Source: Eledone cirrhosa (lineage: Eukaryota). Taken from it: DNA of 64,000 bases. The stretch is from positions 403,620,001 to 403,684,000 of the forward strand of contig OZ024740.1 of the NCBI GenBank assembly GCA_964016885.1, given 5' to 3'. Position numbers and translations under genes: made by a program. The notes under the pieces are model-generated. The model saw nothing but the letters and a program-made list of their open reading frames with translations. It made no database searches and was not told where the DNA came from. Positions 41,510 through 53,499 of this stretch are shown here, piece after piece (the stretch's first letter is position 1; each line of letters starts with the position of its first letter).

Positions 41510-41565
<56 letters not shown>

Positions 41566-42032
41566 TATAAACCCGTAGACCAAATATTTATCATTAGTAC
41601 AGATTAAAGTTAAAGCAAAGAGTATCTACTCAGATTATTACGGGATCACTACTTTTAATGTTCTCAATACTATTATTATTTTTACTATTATTAATGTCTT
41701 CAGATTTTAATCATTTTACTTTTATCTACATCATTTTCAATATATAGGCAGCTGGAAATCATTCGACTATTCTAAAAAGTGAATATTTCAAAAAACGTTG
41801 CAACCGGAGGAAGACAGGAAGACGATACTTTGGTTCGTGGAAACATTCCCTGGCAAAGAACGGGAAAATACGAATATAATACGTCATTATAATTGTTTCT
41901 ACTTTAGGCACAAGGCCAGCAATTCACCAGTGCATTACTGGTACTTTATTTTATCGACCCCGTAAGGAATACGTCATTATAATACGTCATTAATGTGGAT
42001 ATAAGTTGTAACGATGAAAGAATGGTATTTAA

Positions 42033-42570
42033 CTAATGTATTGGTACGCGATGGGGCCCACCCACAGCCCCGGCGGACAGAATGGAGAAGGCGTTTCCCC
42101 GGAGGACGGCAACGGAGACGCGCTGGAAAAGCCACTCCAACTCGCGGGGCTCACACCTACGGCTGGCTAGCTCAGCGCCTATGGTGGTGAGTAAGGAGGT
42201 AGCTCTGGGGCCGAGGACACCAGAAGTTTCCACTGCCAGGGGAACGACCGCAAACCTGTCGGAGAGCGACCGGTATTTGAGGAATTTGGCCCCCTCAGCC
42301 CGACGTGCAGCAGAACTTGGGTCAGTTGCAGACTGCACCAGGTTGCGGCTGCAGAATGTATCGGTGCAAGTGGCATCCCAGACGAGGGGTTTGCCACCGC
42401 GGAACGAGAAGATGGTCATGCCATCTGGCCTTTTGCCGTCCCCTCGATCCAGCCCCACCGGCTCGAGCTGGGAAGGGAAGCCTGCAGCGTCCAAGCCATG
42501 CTTAATGACCTCGTTGAGGGCAGTATGGCGTGGAATGCGGCCGGCACTGTGGCGACAGAAAAGCGAGTGG
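42033..42570 (-). mobile_element. CRE-clade LINE 3' end (restriction-like endonuclease)
   Basis: RH...LEPVGLDRGDGKRPDG...LVWDATCTDT...KY...VPLAVETSG...FQRVSVAVLRGNA. Confidence 0.88.
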
Positions 42571-44164
42571 AGGAAAGAATATTTGTCTAATGATTTTTTT
42601 CATAGTTTTTTCATACATAGCAAGAAATTGTTCTTTTCGCTCCACATAATGACGTAATTATCCTTGCATATTTTTCGTCCATCGCCGGAGAATTTTTTCT
42701 TGAACCAATTTAACGTCTTCCTATTTTCCTTCGGTTGTAACGTTTTTTGAAACATTTACTTCTTCGTCTACTGATTGATTTTTCTTAGTTTCAGAAGATC
42801 CCGTAAAAGGTGATGCATTTATATTCTAGAAGTGATATTATTTAGTGAGCCATACAAAGAAACGATAACTCCAAAATCTTCGTAAGAATAGTAATTCAAT
42901 AACTAATTAAAATTTTCAACAAATCTTCTCAAATTAGGTAATTTGCTTTAAAAGATGATTATCGTAGACCAAGCTAAATGAGATTTTTTATTGAAATAAT
43001 TAAAACAAAATAAATATAACTTATTTGAAAGTTTTTTATCTGCTTCTATTTTATAATCTAACAATAAGCTTGAGTTACAAGAATTCTAATTTAATCAAAT
43101 TTCATTTAACATTGAAGAAAGTACTTGAAATATAAGCTCAGTGGTTTCAGTTTTAAATACATGCACCTTCATGTTATGTTTTAAGTACATGCAGCTTCAT
43201 AACAGCTGATGTTATGGTGAAAGAATGAATAGAGGGCCCTTGAAATATGCATACCCTGTTTATATGGGATGATATACATATATAACTGATTAGTATAGAG
43301 AGTTTTAAAAGAAAAAAGTTTCCCCATTTTTCATTTTAATATTTTGATAATTCATAAAATAACTTCAATATTTGAACTTAGAAATTAGAAATGCAAGTTG
43401 TGTAGCCAGTCAATAATTACATGATTACCATCTTAGAAACAATGCGAAGATAACCACAATAATCTGAAAAATATATTTATTTAAACAAATGACATATTGA
43501 GCAATCAAAAAACGATCAATACATCACCGATTCTAAGGTGAAGCATTTAATAAAGAAAAATAAGCAAAAAAAAAAGAATAAATATGTAAGTAGTATTGCA
43601 AAGAGCGGAATATACATTATAGGCATGTATAAAAGGTAAAGATCCCATAACTCCTTGTAGAGTCGTAGAGACACCGTTATACGGCACGTGTAGGGCACTT
43701 TTACACTTGACGGAGCCCAACCGATTTTTTTTCTATAGAGGAAGAATCGATCCCAGTACTAGACTGGTACTCTTTTTATCGACCTCGAAAGGATGAAAGG
43801 CAAAGTGGACCACGGCGGGATTTGAACTCAGAGCACGCAATGAGGTGGGACGAATACTGTAAAGCATTCCATCCGACGTCTTAACCACTCTGCCAATTCG
43901 CCGCCATATATAGACATGTATAATGGTCAGTAAAGTAAAACAAATGCTCTTTGTTTAGATTAAGATCAAATAAAACATTTGTTTTTCTTCGACACGAAGG
44001 ATATACTATGATTTCTACGATCTGGTAATTATTAACGACGTTCTCTAGCGGAGGTATAATTAGATATAGTCTGTGCATTTTTTTCTTTTACATTTATTTT
44101 ATTTTACTTTAAATAAGCTGAATGAATTTAGGAAATAAAAAAAAATGTATTTTTTCAAACTTAC

Positions 44165-44228
44165 CTGCAGCTGTGACTGCTCCAACTAAGGCAAGGCATA
44201 TCAACGTTACGTGATTCATTCGATTCAT
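44165..44228 (-). CDS. Carbonic anhydrase exon 1, signal peptide MNRMNHVTLICLALVGAVTAA
   Basis: ATG at 44228, hydrophobic core, cag|gtaagt donor, phase 1. Total CDS is 882 nt = 293 aa + stop. Confidence 0.85.
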
Positions 44229-44328
44229 TGTTAGATCTTAGCTGGTAATGAAGTCTGCGGCTATAAAGGCAGTTTAGTAGCAGAGCGCCTCTTTCCGTTT
44301 GTATACATAACAAACGATCATACGCAAC

Positions 44329-44336
44329 TTTATATA
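44329..44336 (-). promoter_or_regulatory. Possible TATA box of the carbonic anhydrase gene
   Basis: tatataaag ~100 nt upstream of the ATG, but it lies within a short (TA)n run. Confidence 0.35.
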
Positions 44337-45221
44337 TATACGGTGGTGTACGTTCGTGTGTATGCATGTTTACATTTACGTACGTATATGTTTACAATCA
44401 CGCACACACAAACACAAACACACACCCACAATAAATACACGCACACATATGCTTACATACATACATACATACATACATATATACATACAAACAAACAACC
44501 AATACATATTTGCATATATGCTTATACACACGCACATACCAACATACACACCAATATACATACATACATACATACATACATACATACATTTGGATGGATA
44601 GATAGATAAACAAATACTTAGCGCGTAGATGTGGGAGTGTACTCTGCTGAAGTGACTAAAAACTTTGACCCGCCCACTAGCCGACAGCTTGTTGATTATA
44701 CATAAACAAAGAAAACATAAATATAAAATATAATACAATTAATATTGAGTTAGATGAAGGAATGCATGTTTACATTTCTATAAGGGTTAAAAAGAGAAAT
44801 AAGTGAAGTACATAAAATTAATACAAAAAGCACTTCCCTGTGTAGTAAATAGAATAACTGGATTAATTCTGGAATTTTCTTAAACAAGTTTATTTGTATT
44901 GTAAGTAAACGGCCCATTTCGATACAGTGGAAATCTGCCTCATCCCCTCCTCACATCACCATTACCACACATACCGGCAGCATCTTTTTTTACCATGAAA
45001 AAGAGAGGAGGGGCGATGTTCTATTATAAGCAGAAGGTGGATGGATATTTTTCAGAAAAGTAGTAGTAACGCGATACATGCACGATTCACTTGGTACGTG
45101 AAGTGAGTCTTTCCCCCTTCTCTGCCTCTATTACAGTACAACACCGCAGCGTGATTAAGCAGCCTTTACGTTGAGTTGCACTTTCTCCGAAATTTGTTCA
45201 TCTATCTATCTACCTATCTAT

Positions 45222-45740
45222 TTGGCGAGAATGGCCCGTGTGAATGGGCCTTCACTCTACATCAGACTATAGGTGAGGAAGATGAAAAATCAAGGGAGCA
45301 CCCCCTCTCTGTGCTCCTGTGGAGAAGGGTTGCACACTTTATATTTTATTTTATTTTTATACTTTTATATCTTGTTATTGCCTCTTCCTTATTGAGGACG
45401 CCTTTTTGTGTAAACTCCCCCCATTGTACTTGTCCCACTTTTTGATGCCCTGGTGGCAAATAAAAAGAAAATTATCTATTTATATGTAGGTTGAGGAAGA
45501 TAAACAGAGGGAAGACAGGAACACCTACAAAAGGTGTTCCTAGTGTTGAGGGTTGTTCTATCCACGGGGTGTAAAACAACCCTGCAGTAACGTTCCCCCC
45601 TATTGTGGATTTCAATTGTTATTTTATTATATATAGTTTATTGTTATTTATTAATGTTAAAGTTATTTTTATGTAAAACCCCCGCCGTCACGTCTTGTAA
45701 TGTCCCATTTTTGTACGCCCCTGTGGCAAATAAAGAAAGA

Positions 45741-45803
<63 letters not shown>

Positions 45804-46115
45804 AATGGCCCGTGTGAATGGGCCTTCACTCTACATCACACTGTAGGTGAGTAAGATGAAAGATCAAGGGAGCACCCTCTGTCTGTGCTCCTGAGGAGAG
45901 GGTTGCACACTTTTTCGGGGGTCTGTGCGACCCCCAAAGGCGCCTCCTCCCTATTGAGGATTTTGTTATTCAATTTATTTTTGTTATATTTTATATTTTA
46001 TATTTTTATATCTTGTTATTGCCTCCTCCTTATTGAGGACGCCTTTTTATGTAAACTCCCCCCATTGTACTTGTCCCACTCTTTGACGCCCTGGTGGCAA
46101 ATAAAACGAAAGTTA
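45222..46115 (+). mobile_element. Cluster of three short 3' ends of Tx1-like LINEs, each ending in (ATCT)n-type sequence
   Basis: ARMARVNGPSLYIRL* matches the Tx1 ORF2 end RMARVIGPTLSIYL*. 3' UTRs end gtggcaaataaa..gaaa, followed by tatcta repeats. Confidence 0.75.
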
Positions 46116-46381
46116 TCTATATATCGATCTATCTGTGTGCCAACCTAACTATGTATCTATTTATTTATCTATATATTCATATCTCTCTCTTTCGCTCTGT
46201 CTATCTATCTCTCTTTCCCTCTGCCACCTCCTCTCTCTCTCTATCTCTCTTTCTCTGTGCCCTACCCCCCTCTCCAATAAAAAGAGAACAATAGAATACT
46301 TGAAAAAAAAAAGAAAAGAAAATCCATTCATCGAAAACAAGCAAATCTATTTTTTTTTAAAAATACATATATATATATTAA

Positions 46382-46437
<56 letters not shown>

Positions 46438-46495
46438 TATTAATATATATATATGATGTAGAGGAGGTAGGGCACAGAGAAAGAGAGATAGAGAG

Positions 46496-46578
<83 letters not shown>

Positions 46579-47215
46579 GACTTTCCGTATTTATTACTGT
46601 TGTGCGATATTGTGGTTTTATTGGTTGTAACTTCTCTGTTTTTTAGCCTAAGAAAATATATATATGCCTATGTATATAATTACATGCATACATTTATTTT
46701 TTTAAATTAATTGAGTTCTTTACACGAGGAATTGATATTAGTTTTGAAATACCTAATTAACCCGCGTGTGTTTTATATTTTACTCTTAATTCGGCCGGAG
46801 ATTTACATTCCCATTTGCCCTTTAAAGCATAACTTTCCGTATTTACTACGGTTACGAGATGCGGTTTCTTATTCAGGTACAACCTCTGATTTTAGCCAAA
46901 GAAAATATCTATGTGCGTGTGTAATTTATACACGCATATATCTATTTTTTTCATTTTCAATTGAGTTCTTAACACGTTGGATTGATAATGTTTTCGAAAA
47001 AACTGATTAACCCGCGTGTATATTATTTTTTTTCCTCCTCTCGTGGATCGTAGTTGTCTCCCCTTCCCGCTTAGTGACGCTATAATACTTCCTCAGTCAA
47101 AAACTGCTGGAATTTCAAATTTGCCGGTCATTCGATGCGGGAAGGAGCAACTTAACAGACACGAATTTTAACTGCGGTAGGAAAATTTTTTTTCTTATAT
47201 CAAAGTTTAATGGGC

Positions 47216-47340
47216 TTCCACTGATGATTTATAACCACCCACCTAAATATATTCTTACATGAATGTATATTAGGCTTCTACATAAACTGGAAATATTCTC
47301 CGAATTTGTAGATAACTTATAATGAAACAATTGTTTGGAA
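47216..47340 (+). ncRNA. Hammerhead candidate with long stem II insertion
   Basis: ttcca-CTGATGA-t-ttataa...(~85 nt)...ttataa-t-GAAA-caattg-TT-tggaa. Confidence 0.65.
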
Positions 47341-47521
47341 AGAGAGATATATTTTAACTTTAATTATATCTCATAAAATAATACAACTGGCTTTTCCACA
47401 TAATACATATTGTTAGCACCCCAAACACTTAAATTGGGTTTATATTAAAATATAACCTAATGTTTGTTGAGTGAGATGGTTACCAGTCAGAGATTAGCTT
47501 TAAACTATCTCTGTTTTTGTA

Positions 47522-47685
<164 letters not shown>

Positions 47686-47792
47686 AGTAATAATAATAAA
47701 AGTGAAGACTAAAATCTAAAGAGTTTCAGAAGATCCCATTAAGGGTTAAAGCAGCGATTCTTTGCTTAAACTTTAATCTGTTATTTTAATAA

Positions 47793-47868
<76 letters not shown>

Positions 47869-48449
47869 ATAACAAAGAAAGTGTGGTAAGAAACCAGGTG
47901 GACCATAACGCACCAGAGTACTCGATACTTAGGATAGTAGAGTGGGTAATAGGAGCTCAGCCGGAGCTCAGCCGTCAGGGTCCTGACTCTTTTCCTATAT
48001 ATATATTGATATTTTTTTAGTTTCAAAAGATCCCGTTAAGGATGAAAGCAGCGATTCTTTGCTTAAACTTTAGTCTGCTCTTATAATAATAATTTTTTCT
48101 ACTTTTGGCACAAGGCCAGCAATTATCCCAGTAGTGCATTACTGATACTTTATTTTATCGACCCCGTAAGGATGAAAGGCAACGTTAACCTCGGCGGGAT
48201 TTGAACTCAGAATGGCAAGGGCCGTAACTCTATGTGTCAAAGCATGGCGTCCGACCCTCTACCGATACTGACAATCCATCACCCTTGCTCTTATAATAAT
48301 AATAATAATTGTTTCTACTTTAGGCACAAGGCCAGCAATTACCTAGTGCGCTACTGGTACTTTATTTTATCGACCCCGTAAGGATGAAAGGCAAAGTCAA
48401 CCTCGGCGGGATTTGAACACAGATCGTAAAGGGACGTAACTATGGTGGA

Positions 48450-48497
<48 letters not shown>

Positions 48498-48498
<1 letters not shown>

Positions 48499-51400
48499 CC
48501 CTAAAGAGTGAGGAGATAGTCTTGGCGCCCTCCTACTGCGGGCAGAAAATTGTGAGGGTCAATGTGAACTAGGTCCCACCCGACGTGCCCATACTTTGGC
48601 TGGCCGTGTCTGTCCTTGCTGGAATCGAGAACAGGACGACCATGCTGCAAGTAGAGAAAATAGGGAGAGAGGACTGGTCAGATATAAGCATGCAAATGCT
48701 TATACAAACTGACCAGGAATGTATCGACGCTATCCCCGATATCATAGACACCGAGGAAGGACTCTAACTCCCTATAAGCGTAGAAGGAAGACGGCCAAAA
48801 TGTTATCTCTGTGGGTCGAAGGGTCACCTCAGGGCCTTTTGCCCGCAGAAGACAGCGAAGAAGAAGGGCTCTCTCCTTCCAATACCTGGTCCGCTGCTAC
48901 CAAGAGCAGGGCAGGCAACAAACGCAGAAGCCCCTTCCACGGTGAGTAGGAGGGCAACGTCCGTAGCACCCGTACCAAGGCCACGGACAACTAAAGCAGC
49001 ATCATCAGTGGCGGCAACACCAATAGCTACATTTGAAGTAGCTACACCAGTACAACATTGCCGAAGAGGGCTCCACTACCACCACCAACAGCCGTGGAGC
49101 ACATACCCCTCCCAGACGTTACAGAATCCGACATGGAGTTTGAGGCGGGAGTGAAGTGGCAAACTGTCTGCCACAAAAAAACAAAAAAGAAAAAAACCCT
49201 TAGATTCACCCTCCAAGAGCGAAGGCATACAAAGAGGGGTAAAGGCAGCAAGGAAACTTGCAGCAACACCACCACCATCACCACCACAAGCACCACTGAC
49301 AACAACAACCGCACCACCACCAGCATCACCTAAAACACCAACAACGCAAACAAAACAAGACAAGACACACTAAACAGCAACAAGAAGAAAACAGCAACAA
49401 AATCACCCCTCCCCCCAAAAAGTACACAGCCATAAACATGGCAAAAAAAGAACTCATACAATATATAAAGCAGCACACAGACATCACAGAAAAAAACTAC
49501 TACACCCCACCAACACCAAGAACTCTCCCGACAAACATAAGCATCATTGAAATCTCCAATAGAACAGTACAAACCTTTAAAACAAAAATTCCCCAACGCA
49601 GTTGGAGACTTCAGAGGGTCGGTTACCAAGAGGATATACACTGACATCCTCTTGAAAACACCCATGACCAGCGAAAGGGACGGTTCTACTATCCCTTCAC
49701 CACACGATCAAGGTAAGTGACCCTTTTTCACTTGCCCCGTTTCTCATCCAATATGGCCGTACTTAGAATAGGCAGTATAAATGCACGTGGCCTGGGGTCA
49801 TCTTGCAAGCAGGGTCACCTGCTCAACGACCTCAGGTCACTAAACATAGATGTGGTGGCCATCAGTGAGACCAGAATCTCCGAAGCACAAGCCTTCGCAC
49901 CGATCTTCGGCGGCTACGATGTATACGCATCTCCCAGCCGTCCAGGATCGGGGGGAGGGGTTGCCGTCCTTTTTCGGAGAGGCTTGGATCTCGCCATACG
50001 GGCCATCTTCCTAGACCCAGAAGGTAAGTCGGTGGTGCTGGACGTGACCGGCAGCGAAGGCAATGCTTTAAGGCTGGTAGCCGTCTACGCCCCGACAGGG
50101 GCAGGACGGCCAGATTTCTTCAGACGTCTAGAGACCTTTCTTGGAACGTCCCGCTCTTTAGTGTTAGTGGGCGACTGGAACGGTATCTTGGATGCACGCT
50201 GGGATTGTGTGGGGCTAGTGGATAGGGGAGGAGGGTGCAAGAGCCTCACCAACCTGCTCAGAGGTTTTGAACTGTCTGACAGGTATCGACTGGATCACCC
50301 GAATGTGCCAATGTGGACATGGACAAACCGCATCGGGTCATCCAGATCGTATCTCGATAGGGTATTCTGCAGAGAACTAGATAAGGCTAGTATAAGTTGT
50401 TCCCAATTTAAAATAGTCGACTACACAGATCACAAATTTATGATCTGTGAGATCGACATAGAAAGACTTCATAGACAAGGGCCTGGTTACTGGAAGCTGA
50501 ACGCGTCTTTACCGGCGCGCAAAGCCTACAGAGACCGGATTAGCGTATTAGTTAAGTGGGCGTTGACAGGAGCGGTCGTCAACAACAGGTGGTGGTTCGC
50601 CCTGAAAAGGGCAATTAAAGTAGAGTCGATTAGGTTTAGCAAAGGAGTAGTGATAGAGGAAAATAGTGTAGAGGGAGAGCTAGTCAGAAAGCTAGAAGAG
50701 GCGTTTAGGACAGGCATCGCAACCAACGTGCTTGCGGCGAGATTGGCACTCGAGCAATTCTTCAACGCAAAACACGAAGGCGGCGTTGTCAGAGCTAGAG
50801 CGCGTACTCTGAAACATGAGGGGACAAAAGCCGTCCAATGGGCCCGGGTGGCAGAGGCGCGACGTGGCAACAAAGCCACAATTCGGTCTTTGTCTCACCA
50901 AAATGGGTGCGTGATGCTCGAACCCGAGCGGATGTGTGAAGCTTTTCAGCAGCACTTTGCTGAACTGTTTGGGAGCAGTAGCGGCCCGGATCGGGGCATG
51001 GACTTCAGTGCATACCTCGACGGACTGCCTCGGCTCTCGACGACCGCAGCACAGTGTTGCGAAAAGCCAATAACAGCCGGTGAAATACGGGAAGCGATGG
51101 CTAACTGCACGAGGGGTAAATCTCCTGGTTTGGATGGGCTGCCCTGTTAGCAACGAGGTTGGCGCTTGTCGTCAAGGGTCTGGTGGGAGAGGCGCAGACA
51201 TGCGCCATTCCGGACAGATCCATACACGACAATCTCCACCTCATGCGATACATCATAGAGAGGGTGGTTAAGGAACCTTGCACGGGTGGGGCCCTGATCA
51301 ACTTGGAACAATCCAAAGAATTCGATAGGGTCGACCATCGGCACTTGGCGGCGGTCGTTGAGGCAGCCGGTTTCGGGCCCGTTTTCAGGGGTTGGATCGC

Positions 51401-53284
51401 AGCGATGTACAGCGACATCTGCTCAGTTGTGAGGGTGAACGGTCACCTGTCGCAGCCGTTCAGCATCATGCGCTCAGTCCGCCAGGGTTGTCCCCTCTCG
51501 TCCCTCTTGTACGTATTGGCTCTCGAGCCGTTACTGCACAAACTGGGGGCGATGAGGGGCGTCCCACGCGAACTAGGATGCGGGAAATCCGAGTCGGCTT
51601 ACGCCGACGATGTCACCATGGTGGTGTCGCGCACCAGACACGTCCAAATGCTCGGCACCGCTCTCAAGGAATACGAAGCGGTGACAGGAGCAAAGATAAA
51701 CCAGGAAAAGTCGGTGGGCTTGCAGCTCGGCACCTGGAGAGGCAAGTCCATGTCGTCCGACAGCGTCGTGGGGCGTTGGACGGACGGACCGGTTAAATTG
51801 CTCGGGGTCTGGTTCGGACCGGACCATCAGATGGAGAAAAACTGGAACGAGGTGACGAGCATGGGGGCCTCCCTCACCCAGAAATGTGCCGAGAGGAAGC
51901 TGTCCCTGAAAGGCCGGACGGAGGTGGCGAATGCGTACATCGCATCCGTCATCTGCTACCGCCTCACCGTCGTCCCTTGCTCCAGCCCAACTCTCACCAA
52001 AATGGAGCGCCTCCTCTTCCGCTTTTTGTGGAAGGGACGCGCTCCCATGGTCAGACGATCCATCTGCTGTCAAGACCCGATGCGTGGAGGACTGGGCATG
52101 CCATGGCTGATGATGCGCAAACATGCGCTGAGGCTGCGACATCCCTGGTGCTTCCTTGACGATGAACAGGTGTGGTCGCCGTTCGCCAGGCACGTTTTCC
52201 CACAGCTCGTCTCCTTGACGGAGCTGCAGTCCTGGGTCAGAAAAAGACCGAGGGATAGCGCTTGGAAACTGGAATGTCTCCAGGCGCTCACTGCCCTCTG
52301 CCAGCTAGGCGCCAGTATCGGTGGAACATCCACCTCGGTGTTCTATAGAGGACTAGTGGAGGGGAAGAGCGACGACATTCTCGGAGAGATCCTGGGCGTC
52401 GAAGAAGATCAGCTGTTTGCTCTCTTCCGGAGAACTTTCAGCCCAGGGCCTATGGATAACTTCCAAAAATCCCTGGCCTGGTAGTGTTACCGGGGAGCGC
52501 TGCCGCTTCGAAATAAGTTCTACAGGCACGGAAGTGCTGTCAGCCGAGCCTGTCCGAGATGCGCGCAGAGCGACGAAACCGTCGTGCACGCACTCGTTCA
52601 GTGCCCGTGCATTGCTGACTTGTGGAGCTATGTCGAACAGTTGCTGTCGCGTGTAGGACTGATCCGGTTATCGACTGAGTCCATTGTGCAGATGGTCTCA
52701 CCGCCTTCCTTCGAGGAGGAAGGGCAGGCGGTTTTCATCTGCCTGGTGGCCATGGCGAAAGAGATTGTGTGGTGGACAAGGTTAAAAGGATTAAAGACAG
52801 ACACTTTCCTCTTCGGCGAATCCCTAATTAACTTTTTCAAGTTTCACTTGAAGAGGAAAATCAGGGTGGAGAGGCAAGTGCTGCCTTCTAGCAAGTTTGT
52901 TGAAAGGTGGGTGAATGTAGCGAGAATGGTCTGAGTGAACGGGACAGCTCTGAATATACGTCTCTAGTTTGAGAAATAGAAAAATTGAGAGAGGGCGCTT
53001 TCCCTGGTGGTCAGGGTGGCCGTCGTCTTTTGTGTGGTTTTCGCCACGAGTAACCCGCGGAGGCTTCCCCCCTATTTGGGAATTTTTCATTGTTTCAATT
53101 TTCATTTTTATTGTTTATATATATATATATGTTTCTATGTCCTTTTTTATTCTTTTCTTATATAAAAAAAATATTTACACGCACAAAACCCACATCGTAC
53201 CGTCCTGTGCCGTCTGTAATGTTTTTCTTGATGTCAGCCCTTGTGGCCAATTAAGAAATCATTATTTTTATTATTATTATTATT
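48498..53284 (+). mobile_element. Tx1-like (L1 superfamily) LINE copy A: 5'-truncated in ORF1, ORF2 disrupted
   Basis: ORF1 remnant with CYLCGSKGHLRAFC knuckle. ORF2 from 49753 has APE (SINARGL, ISET, GDWN, SYLDR, TDH) and RT (QGCPLS, YADD). ~200-bp deletion near 51146, stops at 52482 and 52932. (TAT)n tail. Confidence 0.93.
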
Positions 53285-53499
53285 GAATGCTATGGTTGAC
53301 GGAGGCTCGGCTCTGTAAGGTATTGTAAATTTTGACCGCTATAACAATTGTAAATTGTTTAAAACTTTAACCAACTTGTAGACAAAAACACCCTCCTCCT
53401 CGTGAGAGGGGTCTTTCTGCCCGTTATTTGGCCCTTCGGGGTTAAATAACCGTTTATTGGGGTTTTGTGCCCAATATTTATTTTAAACAAAAAAACAAC

